From: Candidatus Latescibacterota bacterium
GTDB taxonomy: Bacteria > Latescibacterota > UBA2968 > UBA8231
NCBI GenBank assembly: GCA_965223905.1
Contig: CBDCXV010000011.1
Coordinates: forward strand, 800,001-864,000
Direction of reading: 5' to 3'
Length of the DNA stretch: 64,000 bases
Within the stretch, counting starts at the first letter, position 1. The number at the start of each line of letters is the position of its first letter. The notes beneath the pieces were generated by a model. That model ran no database searches. It saw nothing but the letters and a program-made list of their open reading frames with translations, and was not told where the DNA came from. Positions 32,627 to 46,155 of this stretch are shown piece after piece. Made by a program: the position numbers and the translations under genes.

Positions 32627-33586
32627 TTGTCGCGCCTCCAGCCGGAACAAACCCATACCGTGGCCACCCGACCAGTATGCCTCGTGTCCGGATCCAGCAG
32701 CGGGATCGGGGAGGCCATGGTCCGCTGTTTTGCCAGCAACGGCTACGACGTAGTCATCAACTACCATTCCGGGCGCGAGAGAGCCGAGGAGATCGCCGGC
32801 TCGATCCGCTCCCGGGACGGGGTCGAGGTCCTATGCATCGGTGCGGATCTGGCGCAGCGGGACGAGCCGTTCCGACTCGTCGATGAGGCGTTCGAACAGT
32901 TCGGGAGACTCGACGTCGCCATCAGCAACAGCGGCATCGTCAACTACCTCAAGGATGACAGCGGCCAACTGCAGCGATTCCGCTTCCACGAGTGCCCGCC
33001 GGAGCATCTCGACGGCGAGATGGAGCGCGTCCTCAACCTCAACTTGAAAGGGGCCTACCGCCTGGCGCAGCGCGCACTGCAGCATATGATCGCTCAGTCA
33101 GAGGCGGAACAGGCCCGGGGTAATCAACCCGCACACCGCAGTATTCTCTTCATCACATCGATCTCCGACGTGGCTCCGGAGTCGACCCGCATTCCGTATG
33201 GAGTAAGCAAGGCAGGACTGAATCACGCCGTCATCGGCGCTGCTCTCGAAGGCGGACGCTACAACATCACGGCCAACGCGCTGCGTCCGGGAGTCATCGA
33301 CACTCCGTTGACGCGCCGCCCTTCGGGACTGTCCGACCCTGACTCGGGCGAGGAATTCACGGTGGCCGATACCTACGGCCTGATGGCGGAAGGGGGCGCC
33401 CAGGCGATCCCCCGCATCGGCACAGCCGGGGAAATAGCGGAGGCGGCCTTCGCTTTTATTCGCCTGCCGTTCATGACCGGTCAACTGATCGCCGTAGACG
33501 GCGGCCTGACCTTGGCTGGAGCTTTTGGGAACCGTGAGCTGTTTCTCAGGGAGGGCCTGAAAAAAAGAAGGGCCCAGCTTCGCTGA
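32627..33586 (+). CDS. Short-chain dehydrogenase/reductase
   Basis: Motifs SGSSSGIG, NSG, YGVSK, ANALRPG and AVDGG. Confidence 0.88.
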   Translation: MSRLQPEQTHTVATRPVCLVSGSSSGIGEAMVRCFASNGYDVVINYHSGRERAEEIAGSIRSRDGVEVLCIGADLAQRDEPFRLVDEAFEQFGRLDVAISNSGIVNYLKDDSGQLQRFRFHECPPEHLDGEMERVLNLNLKGAYRLAQRALQHMIAQSEAEQARGNQPAHRSILFITSISDVAPESTRIPYGVSKAGLNHAVIGAALEGGRYNITANALRPGVIDTPLTRRPSGLSDPDSGEEFTVADTYGLMAEGGAQAIPRIGTAGEIAEAAFAFIRLPFMTGQLIAVDGGLTLAGAFGNRELFLREGLKKRRAQLR

Positions 33587-33621
33587 GCCCGACCGGGATA
33601 TCCCAAGGGAGCCCTGTGCTG

Positions 33622-34374
33622 CTAGTGCTCCCTGATGCTTCCCATACGGATTTCGATATCCTCGCGGTTGGCGATCCGCTCGAGTTTGCCGTCGCGGATC
33701 CAGGCCATCCGGTCCGCGGCGGTGAGCATCTTGTCATCGTGGGTCACAGTGATGATGGTAGTGCCCGATCCCTGCTGCAGATTCTTCATGTGATCGATGA
33801 TTTCCTGACCGGTTTTGCTGTCGAGATTGCCCGTCGGTTCATCGGCCAGGATTATGCGGGGCTTGTTGACGAAAGCCCGGGCGATGGCGACCCGTTGCAT
33901 CTGTCCGCCGCTCAACTCCGACGGCAGGTGATGTGCCCGGTCATCCAGCCCGACGATGCGCAGGCACTCCATCGCCCGCTCCTCTCCTTCCGCCGTGGAC
34001 ATGCCGGCAAATATCGTCGGCAGCGACACGTTCATCAGGGCGCTCATGACCGGCAGCAGGTTGTAGGTCTGAAAGATGTACCCCAGCTCGAAACATCGGA
34101 CCGCGGCCAGCTGCTGCGGCGACAGGGATGCGAGATTGACGCCTTCAATAAGCACCTGCCCCGAGGTCGGAGTCTGCAGGGCCCCGATCTGATTGAACAA
34201 GGTGCTCTTGCCGGATCCCGACGGCCCCATAATGGCGAAAAATTCGTTTTCCAACACCTGCAGGGTGAGCCCCCTCAGCGCGTGGACATGAGTGGATTCG
34301 TCCCGATTCCTGGCGTTGTACACCATCGTAACATCTTGAACGTCGACGATTATCGGTCCAGTGTTACTCGCCAT
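33622..34374 (-). CDS. ABC transporter ATP-binding protein (LolD-like)
   Basis: Motifs [32 protein letters not shown] and VTHD. Confidence 0.93.
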   Translation of the reverse strand: MASNTGPIIVDVQDVTMVYNARNRDESTHVHALRGLTLQVLENEFFAIMGPSGSGKSTLFNQIGALQTPTSGQVLIEGVNLASLSPQQLAAVRCFELGYIFQTYNLLPVMSALMNVSLPTIFAGMSTAEGEERAMECLRIVGLDDRAHHLPSELSGGQMQRVAIARAFVNKPRIILADEPTGNLDSKTGQEIIDHMKNLQQGSGTTIITVTHDDKMLTAADRMAWIRDGKLERIANREDIEIRMGSIREH

Positions 34375-34552
34375 GAGGCTGTTTTTTTCTGGTTGTATGT
34401 CCGGGGATCACGAAGGCGCAGACCGCAGCGGGCCGCGGCTGACGAAAGGCCCAATGTACTTTCCCGGACTGACATGGTCAATCACGGAAATCTCGTTGAA
34501 ATACCCGGAAATGCACAGGACAAAGACGGGCCCGACACCCGACCCGGAGCTC

Positions 34553-36550
34553 TCAGCCGGCCGCTTTTTCGCGCTGGCGATTGATCTCGTCCCGCAGCTG
34601 AGCGGCTTTTTCGAATTCGAGGGCCGCCGCGGCCTGGGCCATCCGCTTCTCCAGTTCGGCCAGGAGCTCAGCGGCGTCCTCCTTGGCGGCACCGTAGTTG
34701 GCTGCGGATTCACCCACCGCCTCTCTCTTGTCTTCCCGGGCGTGCTCGAGGACGGAGGTCGTCTGCAGGATGTCCTCCGCGGAGCGCAGGATCGTTTGGG
34801 GCACAATGCCGTGTTCCTCGTTGTACTCCTGTTGCAAACGGCGGCGGCGATCGGTTTCGGCGATCGTACGCTGCATCGAACCGGTCATCTTGTCGGCATA
34901 GAAGATCACCAGTCCGGCGGCGTTTCGCGCCGCCCGCCCTACGGTCTGGATCAGCGATTGCTCCGAACGCAGGAATCCCTCCTTGTCGGCGTCGAGAATG
35001 GCGACGAAGGACACCTCGGGTAGATCGAGACCCTCGCGGAGCAGGTTTATTCCCACAAGCACGTCGAACTCCCCCAGACGCAGGTCGCGCAGGATGCTGA
35101 CGCGATCCAGGGTGTCGACCTCGGAGTGCAGGTAGCGCACCCGGAAGCCGTTCTGATCGAGGTACTCCGTCAGGCGCTCGGCCATCCTTTTCGTCAACGT
35201 CGTCACCAGCACCCTCTCCCTCCGCTCGGCGCGCCGGCGAATCTCCTCCATGAGGTCGTCGACCTGGTTTCCCAGAGGGCGCACCTCGATTTCCGGATCG
35301 ACGAGGCCGGTGGGCCGGATCACCTGCTCGACGATTACTCCTCCCGACCGTTCGAGTTCGTACGGACCCGGCGTCGCCGAAACGAAGACGGTGTCGCCGA
35401 CCTTTTCTTCGAACTCCTCGAAATAGAGAGGACGGTTGTCGTACGCAGACGGCAGGCGGAAACCGTGCTCGACCAGCATGTCCTTGCGCGACCGGTCTCC
35501 CCGCCACATGCCGCGAATCTGCGGGATCGTCATGTGCGATTCGTCGATCAGCAGCAGGAAGTCCTCGGGGAAATAGTCAATCAACACGTACGGCGCCTGT
35601 CCGGGCTCGCGTCCGTCCATGTAGCGGCTGTAGTTCTCGATCCCGGGGCAGGTGCCGATCTCGCGGATCATCTCGACATCGTATTTTGTGCGCGTCTCCA
35701 GCCGGTGTGCTTCGAGGAGCTTGTCCTCCGTTCGCAGGTCGAGGAGGCGGCCCTCGAGCTCGTGCAGGATTCCCTCGCAGGCCCGCTCGGTCTTGTCCTC
35801 GTCGGTGACGTACGCCTTGGCCGGATAGAAGGTCGCCTCTTCTCTCTTTTCCCGCGTCGTGCCGGTTACCGCGTCCACCACCGCAATCGCCTCCACCTCG
35901 TCCCCGAACAGCTCGATGCGGACGGCCCTCTCCTCAACGGCCGGGACCACCTCGATGATGTCCCCGCGCACGCGGAAGTGCCCGCGCTTGAGCTCGAGGT
36001 CGTGGCGGCTGTAGTAGATGTCGATCAGGCGCCGTAGGATCTCGTCCCGCTCGACCCGGTCCCCTACCCGCAGGGTCAGCTTCTGTTCGCTGAACTCGAC
36101 CGGCGATCCCAGGCCGAAGATGCAGGAAACGGTCGCCACGATGACTACGTCGCTCCGTTCGAGCAGAGACGTCATCGCCCGCAACCGCAAGCGGTCGATC
36201 TCCTCGTTGAGGTCGACCTCCTTCTCGATGTAGGTGTCGGTCGCCGGGCGGTAGGCTTCCGGCTGGTAGTAGTCGTAGTAGCTGACGAAGTACTCTACCG
36301 CGTTGTCGGGGAAATACCCCTGAAACTCGCCGTACAGCTGCGCCGCAAGAGTCTTGTTGTGGGAGATGACGAGAGTCGGCCGACCGAGCTGCTGGATGGC
36401 ATTGGCCATGGTAAAGGTCTTGCCGCTGCCGGTGACTCCGAGGAGGGTCTGGAACTGCTGTCCGCCGGCGACCCCGGCTACCAGCTCTTCAATGGCCCTG
36501 GGTTGATCGCCGGCAGGCCGGTACTCGGAAACCAGGTCGAATCCAGACAC
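34553..36550 (-). CDS. uvrB: Excinuclease ABC subunit B
   Basis: Motifs [37 protein letters not shown] and [11 protein letters not shown]. Confidence 0.98.
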   Translation of the reverse strand: MSGFDLVSEYRPAGDQPRAIEELVAGVAGGQQFQTLLGVTGSGKTFTMANAIQQLGRPTLVISHNKTLAAQLYGEFQGYFPDNAVEYFVSYYDYYQPEAYRPATDTYIEKEVDLNEEIDRLRLRAMTSLLERSDVVIVATVSCIFGLGSPVEFSEQKLTLRVGDRVERDEILRRLIDIYYSRHDLELKRGHFRVRGDIIEVVPAVEERAVRIELFGDEVEAIAVVDAVTGTTREKREEATFYPAKAYVTDEDKTERACEGILHELEGRLLDLRTEDKLLEAHRLETRTKYDVEMIREIGTCPGIENYSRYMDGREPGQAPYVLIDYFPEDFLLLIDESHMTIPQIRGMWRGDRSRKDMLVEHGFRLPSAYDNRPLYFEEFEEKVGDTVFVSATPGPYELERSGGVIVEQVIRPTGLVDPEIEVRPLGNQVDDLMEEIRRRAERRERVLVTTLTKRMAERLTEYLDQNGFRVRYLHSEVDTLDRVSILRDLRLGEFDVLVGINLLREGLDLPEVSFVAILDADKEGFLRSEQSLIQTVGRAARNAAGLVIFYADKMTGSMQRTIAETDRRRRLQQEYNEEHGIVPQTILRSAEDILQTTSVLEHAREDKREAVGESAANYGAAKEDAAELLAELEKRMAQAAAALEFEKAAQLRDEINRQREKAAG

Positions 36551-36913
36551 GCTGTGGTTGCTCTCTATGAATCCGGGGGAAGAAGGTGTCGTCCCATCAG
36601 CGGGGCGAAATCAGTGCAGGTGCCGGGAACCGCGGCCACTGCGCTCCTCGACCCACGGCCGGACATCCCTTCCAGGTTTGGGGGGCAGGGCCCTGCGATC
36701 CTTCAAGTTTTCCAGGAGGATACCGGGTAGGAACCTAATCTATCCGGGGCATGCAACGGGTGCAATTTTAAGGCGCACCCCTTCCAATGATCGGACTAAA
36801 GTGCCGTTTCTGCATGAATCGCAGTCGCTGTGGCAGTTTTTCGGTTTTCCACTACCGACTCGAAAACGGTGTAACTTTATATTAAATAAATGTATATCGG
36901 ATAACCGACCAGC

Positions 36914-36928
36914 TGGCACAACAATTGC
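36914..36928 (+). promoter_or_regulatory. Sigma54 (-24/-12) promoter upstream of dnaK
   Basis: TGGCAC-AACAA-TTGC ends 62 bp before the dnaK ATG; an AT-rich tract at 36873-36898 lies just upstream. Confidence 0.75.
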
Positions 36929-36990
36929 GACAGGTATCTCGACCAATCACCTGCACGCAGTCTCATTTCAGATAGAAAGAGGGAAAGTCG

Positions 36991-38928
<1,938 letters not shown>

Positions 38929-39058
38929 CCCCCGGCCGCGGGGAGGGCGAACTTTTCGGAATCACTGCCCGCTGCGGGTAATACGGGCATCAAGCCTGAA
39001 CGGACGTCCCGGCATTCGACGTGGGGACTGCGAAGCGCTGAAGGATGCGGAAAATGAG

Positions 39059-39088
39059 AGGGGCCCGAAGAAGTCCGGGCCCCTTTTT
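39059..39088 (+). terminator. Intrinsic terminator between dnaK and the convergent dehydrogenase
   Basis: AGGGGCCCG-aagaagtc-CGGGCCCCT followed by TTTT. Confidence 0.7.
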
Positions 39089-39103
39089 CTACCAGGGTGA
39101 AGT

Positions 39104-40132
39104 TCAGGGATGGAGAACAAGCTTGATCCCTTCCTGCTTCTCCATCATGTCGAAACCGCGGTCCCATTCCGCCAGCGGCAGCTCGTGTGAAACAAGCTTC
39201 TCGCAGTCGATCACGCCCTGCTCCATCAGTTTCAGCGACCGCTCCCAGGCCGGCCGCCTCTGCCCGATCCCTCCGCTCACCTGCAGTTCCTTGTAGGCCA
39301 CCTTCTCGAAGTCGACCTGCACCGGCTTCCCGGGAAGCCCCATTTGCGACACCTTGCCCCGTTTGCGCACCATGTCGAGGGCGAGGTCGATGGCAGGTGC
39401 CACCCCGGCGCATTCGACCACGACATCTGCGCCGTAGCCACCTGTCAGCTCGCGCGCTCGCTCCGCGGCGTCGTTCTCGTCGACGACTGCGGTCTCATCG
39501 ATCCCCAGCTCTTCGGCAAATCGGAGGCGTTGGCGATCCCTGGAAGTGCCGCAGACCATCACCGTTCCACCCTCCGCCTTCGCTACCAGGGCCGAGAACA
39601 AACCGACCGGTCCCGGTCCGATGACTGCGACGAAATCTCCTGCAGCCACCCCCGCTTGTTCGATTACGGAGTGAACGCAGCACGCCAGGAGCTCGGTTAC
39701 CGCCCCTGCCGTGAAGCTGACGTTGTCCGGCAGGCGATGGACGAAACCGGCGTTGACGTACGGGGCAAAGCAGCCGTTGTGGTAGTAGCCCATCACCCTG
39801 CGGTCCGGACAGAGGTTGTAGTGTTCGCTCAGGCAGTAGGAACAGCTGCCGCAGATCTCGATGCTCGGTTCACCGGTGACGCGGTCCCCGACTGCCACCC
39901 CATCGCCGACCCCGGCCCCTATTTCGATCACGACGCCGCTGAACTCGTGGCCCATGACCACCGGGGTGCGGATGTTGTAGTTGATCGTGTCGTGGAGGAT
40001 GTGTAGATCGGATCCGCAGATCCCGCTCGCCTTCACTTCGATCTTCACCTGCGAGGGCCCGGGAGGCTGCTCCTCGACGTCGCGAAGCTCCACGAACCCG
40101 CGGCCGCGCTGGTATTTGACAACTCCCTTCAC
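39104..40132 (-). CDS. Zinc-dependent alcohol/polyol dehydrogenase (MDR)
   Basis: Motifs GICGSDLH, GHEFSG, CGSCSYC..NLC and GPGPVG. Confidence 0.92.
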   Translation of the reverse strand: MKGVVKYQRGRGFVELRDVEEQPPGPSQVKIEVKASGICGSDLHILHDTINYNIRTPVVMGHEFSGVVIEIGAGVGDGVAVGDRVTGEPSIEICGSCSYCLSEHYNLCPDRRVMGYYHNGCFAPYVNAGFVHRLPDNVSFTAGAVTELLACCVHSVIEQAGVAAGDFVAVIGPGPVGLFSALVAKAEGGTVMVCGTSRDRQRLRFAEELGIDETAVVDENDAAERARELTGGYGADVVVECAGVAPAIDLALDMVRKRGKVSQMGLPGKPVQVDFEKVAYKELQVSGGIGQRRPAWERSLKLMEQGVIDCEKLVSHELPLAEWDRGFDMMEKQEGIKLVLHP

Positions 40133-40155
40133 CTTCCGGCTTTCCTCCTCGTCAA

Positions 40156-41181
40156 CTACTGCGTTTGCACGAACTTCAGGCGATCGCCGGAGGCGATTTG
40201 TCCGCTGCCGATCATCACGACTCGCGAGACACGCGCCCCGACGACGTCGGCAACCTCGACCAGGCCCACGCTCACCAAGGTGTCCAGCTCTTCCTCGATT
40301 GCCCGCTCGGGCCCGGGGTAGACCTCGAACCGGTACCCCCTGTGCACGGCGTTCTCGCTCCCCAGGTTGATGAATATCTCGTCGCCGTACACCGACAGGA
40401 TCTCCGCCGGTTCGCTTCCCAGGCGAATGTTCCCCGGGAGAATCAGCTCGGAGAGCTTGTCCGCTACCTCGACGAGCGCCCGAAACGTCGCCTCACCTAT
40501 CGGAGTGGCGCGAAAATCGTCGGAGCCGAACACCATCTTGTCGAGATTGACGAACTGGAAGTCCTGCTCGCGCGGCTTGCCGAACAGGTCGAGTCCGATA
40601 TCACGGTCGGTCGTTTCCTTTTTCGAATACAAACTCCCGATCGTCGACAGGTCCCCTCCCCGCATCGCGGTCAGCTCAAGTTCGGCGATGCCGCTGAAGG
40701 ATTTGTACCCGGCGAGGAGCGGATCTCCGACATGGAGCCGTTCCATGTTGTAGTCGAGAACCGTTCCCTTCAGAAGGATGTCGGCGCGCAGCATGGCGGC
40801 GACGCGTAGAAGCTCCTCGTCGGGCCAGTGATCGCGCGCACCGCCTGCGACCTGCCGCACTGCGTCGTACGGAACGGAGCGCCAGACATCCTGCGATCCC
40901 AGTTCCTCTGTCAGCAGGGCTGGAAGCTCGTTTTCTATATCCCACACACCTTTACGAAATCCGGACACGTCCTTCATCGGCAGGACGGCGATCCAGGGCT
41001 TTTTGCTTTCCGGGGCGGTCTCCTCGGCCGGCAGGCTCTCCAGGTAGAGTTCCAGAGGGGTCCTTTGCGTCTCGTCCGGCTCCGCGGTCGCGGCAGGTTC
41101 GGGAACCGGTTTTGTAAGCGGGGCGCAGGAGACGAGAAAAAGGAGTGCGGCTCGGATGATTATTGGAGGCCGGATGAACAC
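40156..41181 (-). CDS. Lipoprotein with CsgG/TolB-N-like and FlgT-C-like domains
   Basis: Lipobox LVSC; IAVLPM...ADILLKGTVLDY; C-terminal IFINLGSENAVHRGYRFEVY. Start (GTG 41181) is uncertain. Confidence 0.6.
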   Translation of the reverse strand: MFIRPPIIIRAALLFLVSCAPLTKPVPEPAATAEPDETQRTPLELYLESLPAEETAPESKKPWIAVLPMKDVSGFRKGVWDIENELPALLTEELGSQDVWRSVPYDAVRQVAGGARDHWPDEELLRVAAMLRADILLKGTVLDYNMERLHVGDPLLAGYKSFSGIAELELTAMRGGDLSTIGSLYSKKETTDRDIGLDLFGKPREQDFQFVNLDKMVFGSDDFRATPIGEATFRALVEVADKLSELILPGNIRLGSEPAEILSVYGDEIFINLGSENAVHRGYRFEVYPGPERAIEEELDTLVSVGLVEVADVVGARVSRVVMIGSGQIASGDRLKFVQTQ

Positions 41182-41310
41182 TTTGGGCAGTCCGGGGAGT
41201 AATGTGGTCGATTGGAAACAAGGCCCCGTTCCCGAGGCTGTCAACGGGATTCCCGCGCCTGGTTCCCCTGGGAAATGAACCGGTGCCGATCTGTCCGGGC
41301 GATCCACGGG

Positions 41311-42270
41311 CTAGTCCCAGGCCAGGATGACGGCCATCGTTTCTCCGGGCCGGTCGTAGAGCAGGTCGAACGCCCCCTTGGCCTCGGTGAACGGGAAGCG
41401 GTGGGTGATCATCCGTTCCGTGGCGATGGCCCCTCTCGCCAGTAGGGACATCGCCTCTACCGAGCTCGCCTTCCTGGCATCGAGGTCGATGTACCCTCCC
41501 AGCAGCCGCCGGCCTTGGATCCGGTTCGAATGAAGGGGCAGCGGCTCGTTTTCGTAAAGACCCAGCACGTGCAGCAGGCCGCCTCGTTTCAGCATCTCCT
41601 GGGCCTGCTCGAATGCCCTGGCGCCGCCCGGTCCGCCAACCGCTTCGACGACGACGTCGGCCCCCTCTCCGGTGAGACCGCGGATCGCCTCGACGGGATC
41701 ATCAACGGAGGCGTCGACCACCTCGTCGGCGCCCAGGGCACACGCCAGGTCGCAGCGCAGCGGCAGGGCGTCTACGGCGATGATCCGGGGAGCGTACAGC
41801 TTCCTCGCGACCTGCATGCACAGGCTTCCCACCAGCCCCTGTCCCAGGATCACGAGGGTCTCCCCCCGGGCGATACCCGCCTCCTGCATCCACCGGACCG
41901 AGCTGGTCGTCAAGGGCCAGAAGGTAGCGGTCTCGAAGCTGACCCCGTCGGGAAGCGGGATGATGTCGCCGCGGTGGCGCTCGACGTCGACAACGACGTA
42001 TTCGGCATGGGGCCGCACGGAGGTGACGCGGTCCCCCGCGGCGTACCCGTCGACCTCGGCGCCCACCTCGACGACGAAACCGGCCTGCGAGTACCCCATG
42101 ATGGCTGGGTCGACAGGGCTCTCCCTGGTGTATCGGGCGCCGATCTCCGAGCCGCGGCTGATCAGGGTGCGCTCCGTCTTCACGAGGACCTCTGTGGGGG
42201 AAATCCGGGGAGTCTCGACCTCCTCGACGACGATGTTGTGCAGACCCTCCGGTTTGGCTACACGCCTCAT
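41311..42270 (-). CDS. MDR-family dehydrogenase lacking the canonical Zn ligands
   Basis: Motifs LISRGSE, GYSQAG, GQGLVG and ITHRFP. Confidence 0.85.
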   Translation of the reverse strand: MRRVAKPEGLHNIVVEEVETPRISPTEVLVKTERTLISRGSEIGARYTRESPVDPAIMGYSQAGFVVEVGAEVDGYAAGDRVTSVRPHAEYVVVDVERHRGDIIPLPDGVSFETATFWPLTTSSVRWMQEAGIARGETLVILGQGLVGSLCMQVARKLYAPRIIAVDALPLRCDLACALGADEVVDASVDDPVEAIRGLTGEGADVVVEAVGGPGGARAFEQAQEMLKRGGLLHVLGLYENEPLPLHSNRIQGRRLLGGYIDLDARKASSVEAMSLLARGAIATERMITHRFPFTEAKGAFDLLYDRPGETMAVILAWD

Positions 42271-42541
42271 GATTCCTTTTCCCAGCTCCCGGTTTTCTGC
42301 ACTGCCGGCGTAGAGTACGGGACCGAAAGAACACCGATCGGCCGCGTCTCCATGACCTTCGCAGTACCCCGGTATCTACACCGACTTCGCGGGAGGGTTA
42401 CGTCGCCCGGGAACGGCCACTCCTCATCCCTCACAGGGAGCCGACCCATTCCTCCGGGACGTACCGTTCCAAGGCCGGCAGGTTGGTCGGTGATCCGATT
42501 CGTTCCGGGCTTGGGGGTCACCGTTGCCGCCGCCCATTCCC

Positions 42542-43322
42542 TTATTCAGGAAAGTCGAGGTCGCTGACGCTTCTGCCCTGATGGACGATGGCTGCCAAGG
42601 CCGCGGTCATTCCCGCGGGGTCTCCGCTCTGCCATACGTTGCGCCCGAGGGCGACCCGGCCCCGCACGCCATCGCCTCGGCCACCATCTCCAGGGCCTCG
42701 CGCGCCGTCTCCTTGCGCCGCCCGCCCGCCACCACGAGCGGAACAGGACAGGCCCTCCACCAGCAGCCGGAAGGTTTCGACATCGCCAGTGTTTGATGTC
42801 TTGACGATGTCGGCTCCAGAGCTCCGCTCCCGCCCGTGCCGCCAGCAGCTCCGCCCCGTGACCCTGCCGGGCAAGCAGCTCTTCGGTCGGGTAGATCATC
42901 GCCAGCACCGGAAATCCCCAACGTTCGCAGCGGTCGACGACGGTGCGAACGTTCTCGAGCATGTGGATTTCGTGCGGCGAGCCGATCATCACCTGCACCG
43001 AAACCGCGTCGGCGCCGTTCCGCAGGGCGACTTCCACCGTGCTGATCAGGGTGAGGTCGTTCTCCGCGGTGACGATGTTGGTCAGGTTGAAGACAGAGCC
43101 GCACCTGTTGGCGTACTCCCTCCAGATACTGCGCGCCAAGCCGGCGTTGAAGATCATTGGGTCGGCGCCGCCGGAGACGACCTCCCGAACCGTGGCTGCC
43201 GGATCCTCGATACCCGGGACCGGGCCCTGAATCACCCCGTGGTCGAGCGGCACCATGACCGTCTTTCCGGTGCCTGCGTTGACTATGCGCACGTAGCGCA
43301 CGGTTTTTCCGACGTCGATCAT
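42542..43322 (-). pseudogene. Class I aldolase (DhnA/FbaB/LsrF family), one frameshift
   Basis: PLDHGVIQGP, GADAVS and AARAGAEL, then a shift near 42819 to GADIVKT...VAGG...GRNVWQ. Confidence 0.85.
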
Positions 43323-43968
43323 GCCCGGGCAGTCTCACCTGCTGCCCGCCGTGTGTCAAGCATCCTATCCTCTCGCATCCAGGAGCGGAATCCCGGCAAC
43401 ACGCATATCGGCGACCTCGGGAAAATGGCGGTAATGTCTGAGTATAGACCCTACAAATGGCCAGCGGCTCCCCTGGAAATCGTTCTGCCCGGGCTCGTCA
43501 ACAGCAATCTCAATGCTTCCATGACGCTCTCCGAACCGGATCACGAGCTCGACCCCGGTTCATGCGCCGGGACCTCCCCATCGAGTGGGGCCGTCTCTCC
43601 TGTCTCCATCGGCCTGGAACCGGTCCGACTCTTCATCCTGCCGGCAGCTTCGACGACAGCTCCGGATGCAGGGAGATCGTTTAACGGCTCGACGAGGATG
43701 CAGCTCGTCGTCGTGGAGCTGCAACGTATCCTGGTCGCACAGGGCCAGGTTATCGAACTGCCGGGGTCACCGCGATCCGGTCTGCCGGCCGCAACCGCCG
43801 TCGGTATGCTTCCGGGGTGCGTCGCTCGACCGAGGCAGGGAGCCCCTGGCCCCGGTCGGCGCAAGGATGGGGGCCCGGAGCGGCGACACTCGATTCCAGC
43901 CAACAGATCCGGCAGGATATTCCCTGCCGGGTGCTGCCGGACCGGTGTGGGGCCCTCTCCGTAACGGT

Positions 43969-46153
43969 TCAGGCGTCAGGGCAGTGAATCACCGCCACCT
44001 CGCCGAAAGCGAGCTTCAACTGGAAGGCGCCGTTGACCAGGGTCAGTGGCCGTCCAGCGAGCAGATCGCGGGCCTCGTCTGCCTTCCAGAGCAACCCCAC
44101 CGTCGTCCTCGCCGTCCGCTCTTCGAGGTTCAACAGAAACACCAGCGACCCGCCTAGTCTCGACTGGCGCCGGTACGCGACCACGCGGTCGCCGCTGATA
44201 TCGAAACGGGACTCGACCCCGGCCTCCCGGGCGGACGGCAAGGGCCACACCCTCATCGACCACGGGGACCCGGCGAGGGCCCTCCCGGCTGCCCGGTAAC
44301 GGTGGAGGAGCCGGTCGCCGCCAGGGAGACCCCGTACCACGTCATCCGTTTGCCTGCCGACTGCACCCCGACGACCCGGTCTCCGATAGCGCCGACGGCC
44401 TCCATGCCGCTGCCCGGTTCGAGGATGCAGTAGGAGGTACCGGCGGGCAGCCGGAATTCTCCGTATGGCGTGGCGAGAAGATTCCTCCCCGCTGCGACAT
44501 CCTGCTCGTTGACCATGTCGAGGTCGGCGATGCGGCAATCGATCAGGTCGCCGAGCCCTTCCGGAGGACTGAAGCTCCAGTGTCCCTTGCCGGCGAAGGT
44601 CGCGAAGTACCCGTCGGCCAGGAGGCGCGGCCCCTGTTCCTGCTCGAGCACTCCCCGCAGCCGCGCCAGGGCGCCCTCCTCCATGACCGCGAAGTTGGGA
44701 AGGTACACCAGCTCGTACCCGACCAGTCCGTCTTCGCGGTGACGAGATCGACGGCGACGCTGTGAGCCCACAGCGCCCGGTACATGCCGCGGTGGTGCTG
44801 TAGGAACTTGAAGCCGGCGTCGTTGAAGTCGAAGACCTGGTGGCTGCTGCCGCTGTAGGCGATGGCCATGTCGGAGCGCGGGATCGACAGCGGCAGGTGG
44901 TCGGAGATCGCATCGATCTGCGCGATCGTCCGCTCCGCGGCGGCGAAGCGTTCGGTCGGGCCGCCGTCGAGAGCCATGATGCTGAGCCCGGGAGCTTCGA
45001 AAGTCATGTACTCGGGCCGGTACTGCCAGAACATGGCGCCGGCACCCCCTTCGATCAGGGTCAGCCAGATGTGCATGGCCGACTCTTCACCGATCGTCAT
45101 CTTCTCGCGCGGCATCAGGCCGCCGACGAAGCTGCCGTAGATCTCCTCGTTCCACCAGCGGCCGTGCCGCCCCATGGCGCGGCACCAGTGAAAGCCGTAG
45201 GCCTCGCAGGCCAGGCTGTACGGATCGCCGCTGGTCAGGCGGTCCGCCGAGTGGTGGGACAGCCCCCAGCTGTCGATGGCCGGGCTCACGGTCTCGTGGT
45301 GGGGCATCGGGTAGGAGCCGCCGTGGGAGCGCTGCTCGTGGCGGCCGTCGAGCTCGTCGACGAGGTCGGCCATCCAGCCGAGATGGTCGGCCATGTTCTC
45401 GCAGTGGAACTGCCTGTACAACAGCATCTCGACGATGGCGGCGTTGCTGCGCGGCGGCTGCACGTCTTCCCAGGAGCGGTGGCGACGCAGCAGCTTCTCG
45501 TTCAGCTCGTCGAGGGTATAGCGCCGGTAGAGCCAGTCCTTGTACTTGGCGATGGTGTAGTCGTTGTACGGCGGGTACGGCTCGGGCGCCGTCCAGGCCG
45601 CGGCATAGCCGATCCCGTCCCAGGTGCCCCAGATACCCATCGCCTCGTGGTCCCTGTAACGCGGCACCAGCTGGCGCAGGTAGCGCTCGACGTACACCCG
45701 CCACATCGGGTGGTCGAAGTTGTGGGTCATGCTGCCATGGGGGGAGAAGTCCCCGGCCACGTCCTGCTGCACGCTGCCGTCCCGCCAGACAGCGCGCATG
45801 TCGGGGTGCTCGCGCAACATCCAGGCGGGGGCGGCCATGTGGGTGCCCAGAGGAGTGTCGAGCCACACCTTGAGCCGGTATTTCCCCGCGGTGTCGAACA
45901 GCAGGTCGAGGTCGTCGAACTCGTACCGGTTCGGGAGCGTCTCGACCCAGTTCCAGCTGTACCAGACACGCACGATGCTCATGCCCGCGGCGCTAATGCG
46001 GCGGAAGTCCGAGTCCCAGAATTCCGGGGTCGGGGTCGGCGGGCGGTAGTACTCGGTGCCGACGGGAAACGGTTTTTCGAATGTTGCCCCGTACTCCTTG
46101 TCCCTGCTGCGCAGCTGCATCCAGGAGTTTTCCGCGGCCACCGTCTTCCCCAT
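43969..46153 (-). pseudogene. Glycoside hydrolase family 42 (beta-galactosidase-like), frameshifted
   Basis: GTEYYRPP, SWNWVE...YEFDDLD, APAWML and MFWQYRPE; the trimerisation domain and C-terminus continue in other frames (breaks near 44720 and 44300). Confidence 0.8.
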
Positions 46154-46155
46154 GA

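Noticed and set aside
36551-36990. CIRCE or LexA box between uvrB and dnaK
   Set aside because: No TTAGCACTC-N9-GAGTGCTAA, and no convincing CTGT-N8-ACAG or GAAC-N4-GTTC seen.
42271-42541. Intergenic 270 bp as an ncRNA or small gene
   Set aside because: No recognisable motif, RBS-supported ORF or clear structure.
42588-43964. 458-aa plus-strand ORF
   Set aside because: Half is antisense to the aldolase; the rest is Pro/Arg/Ser-rich without motifs.
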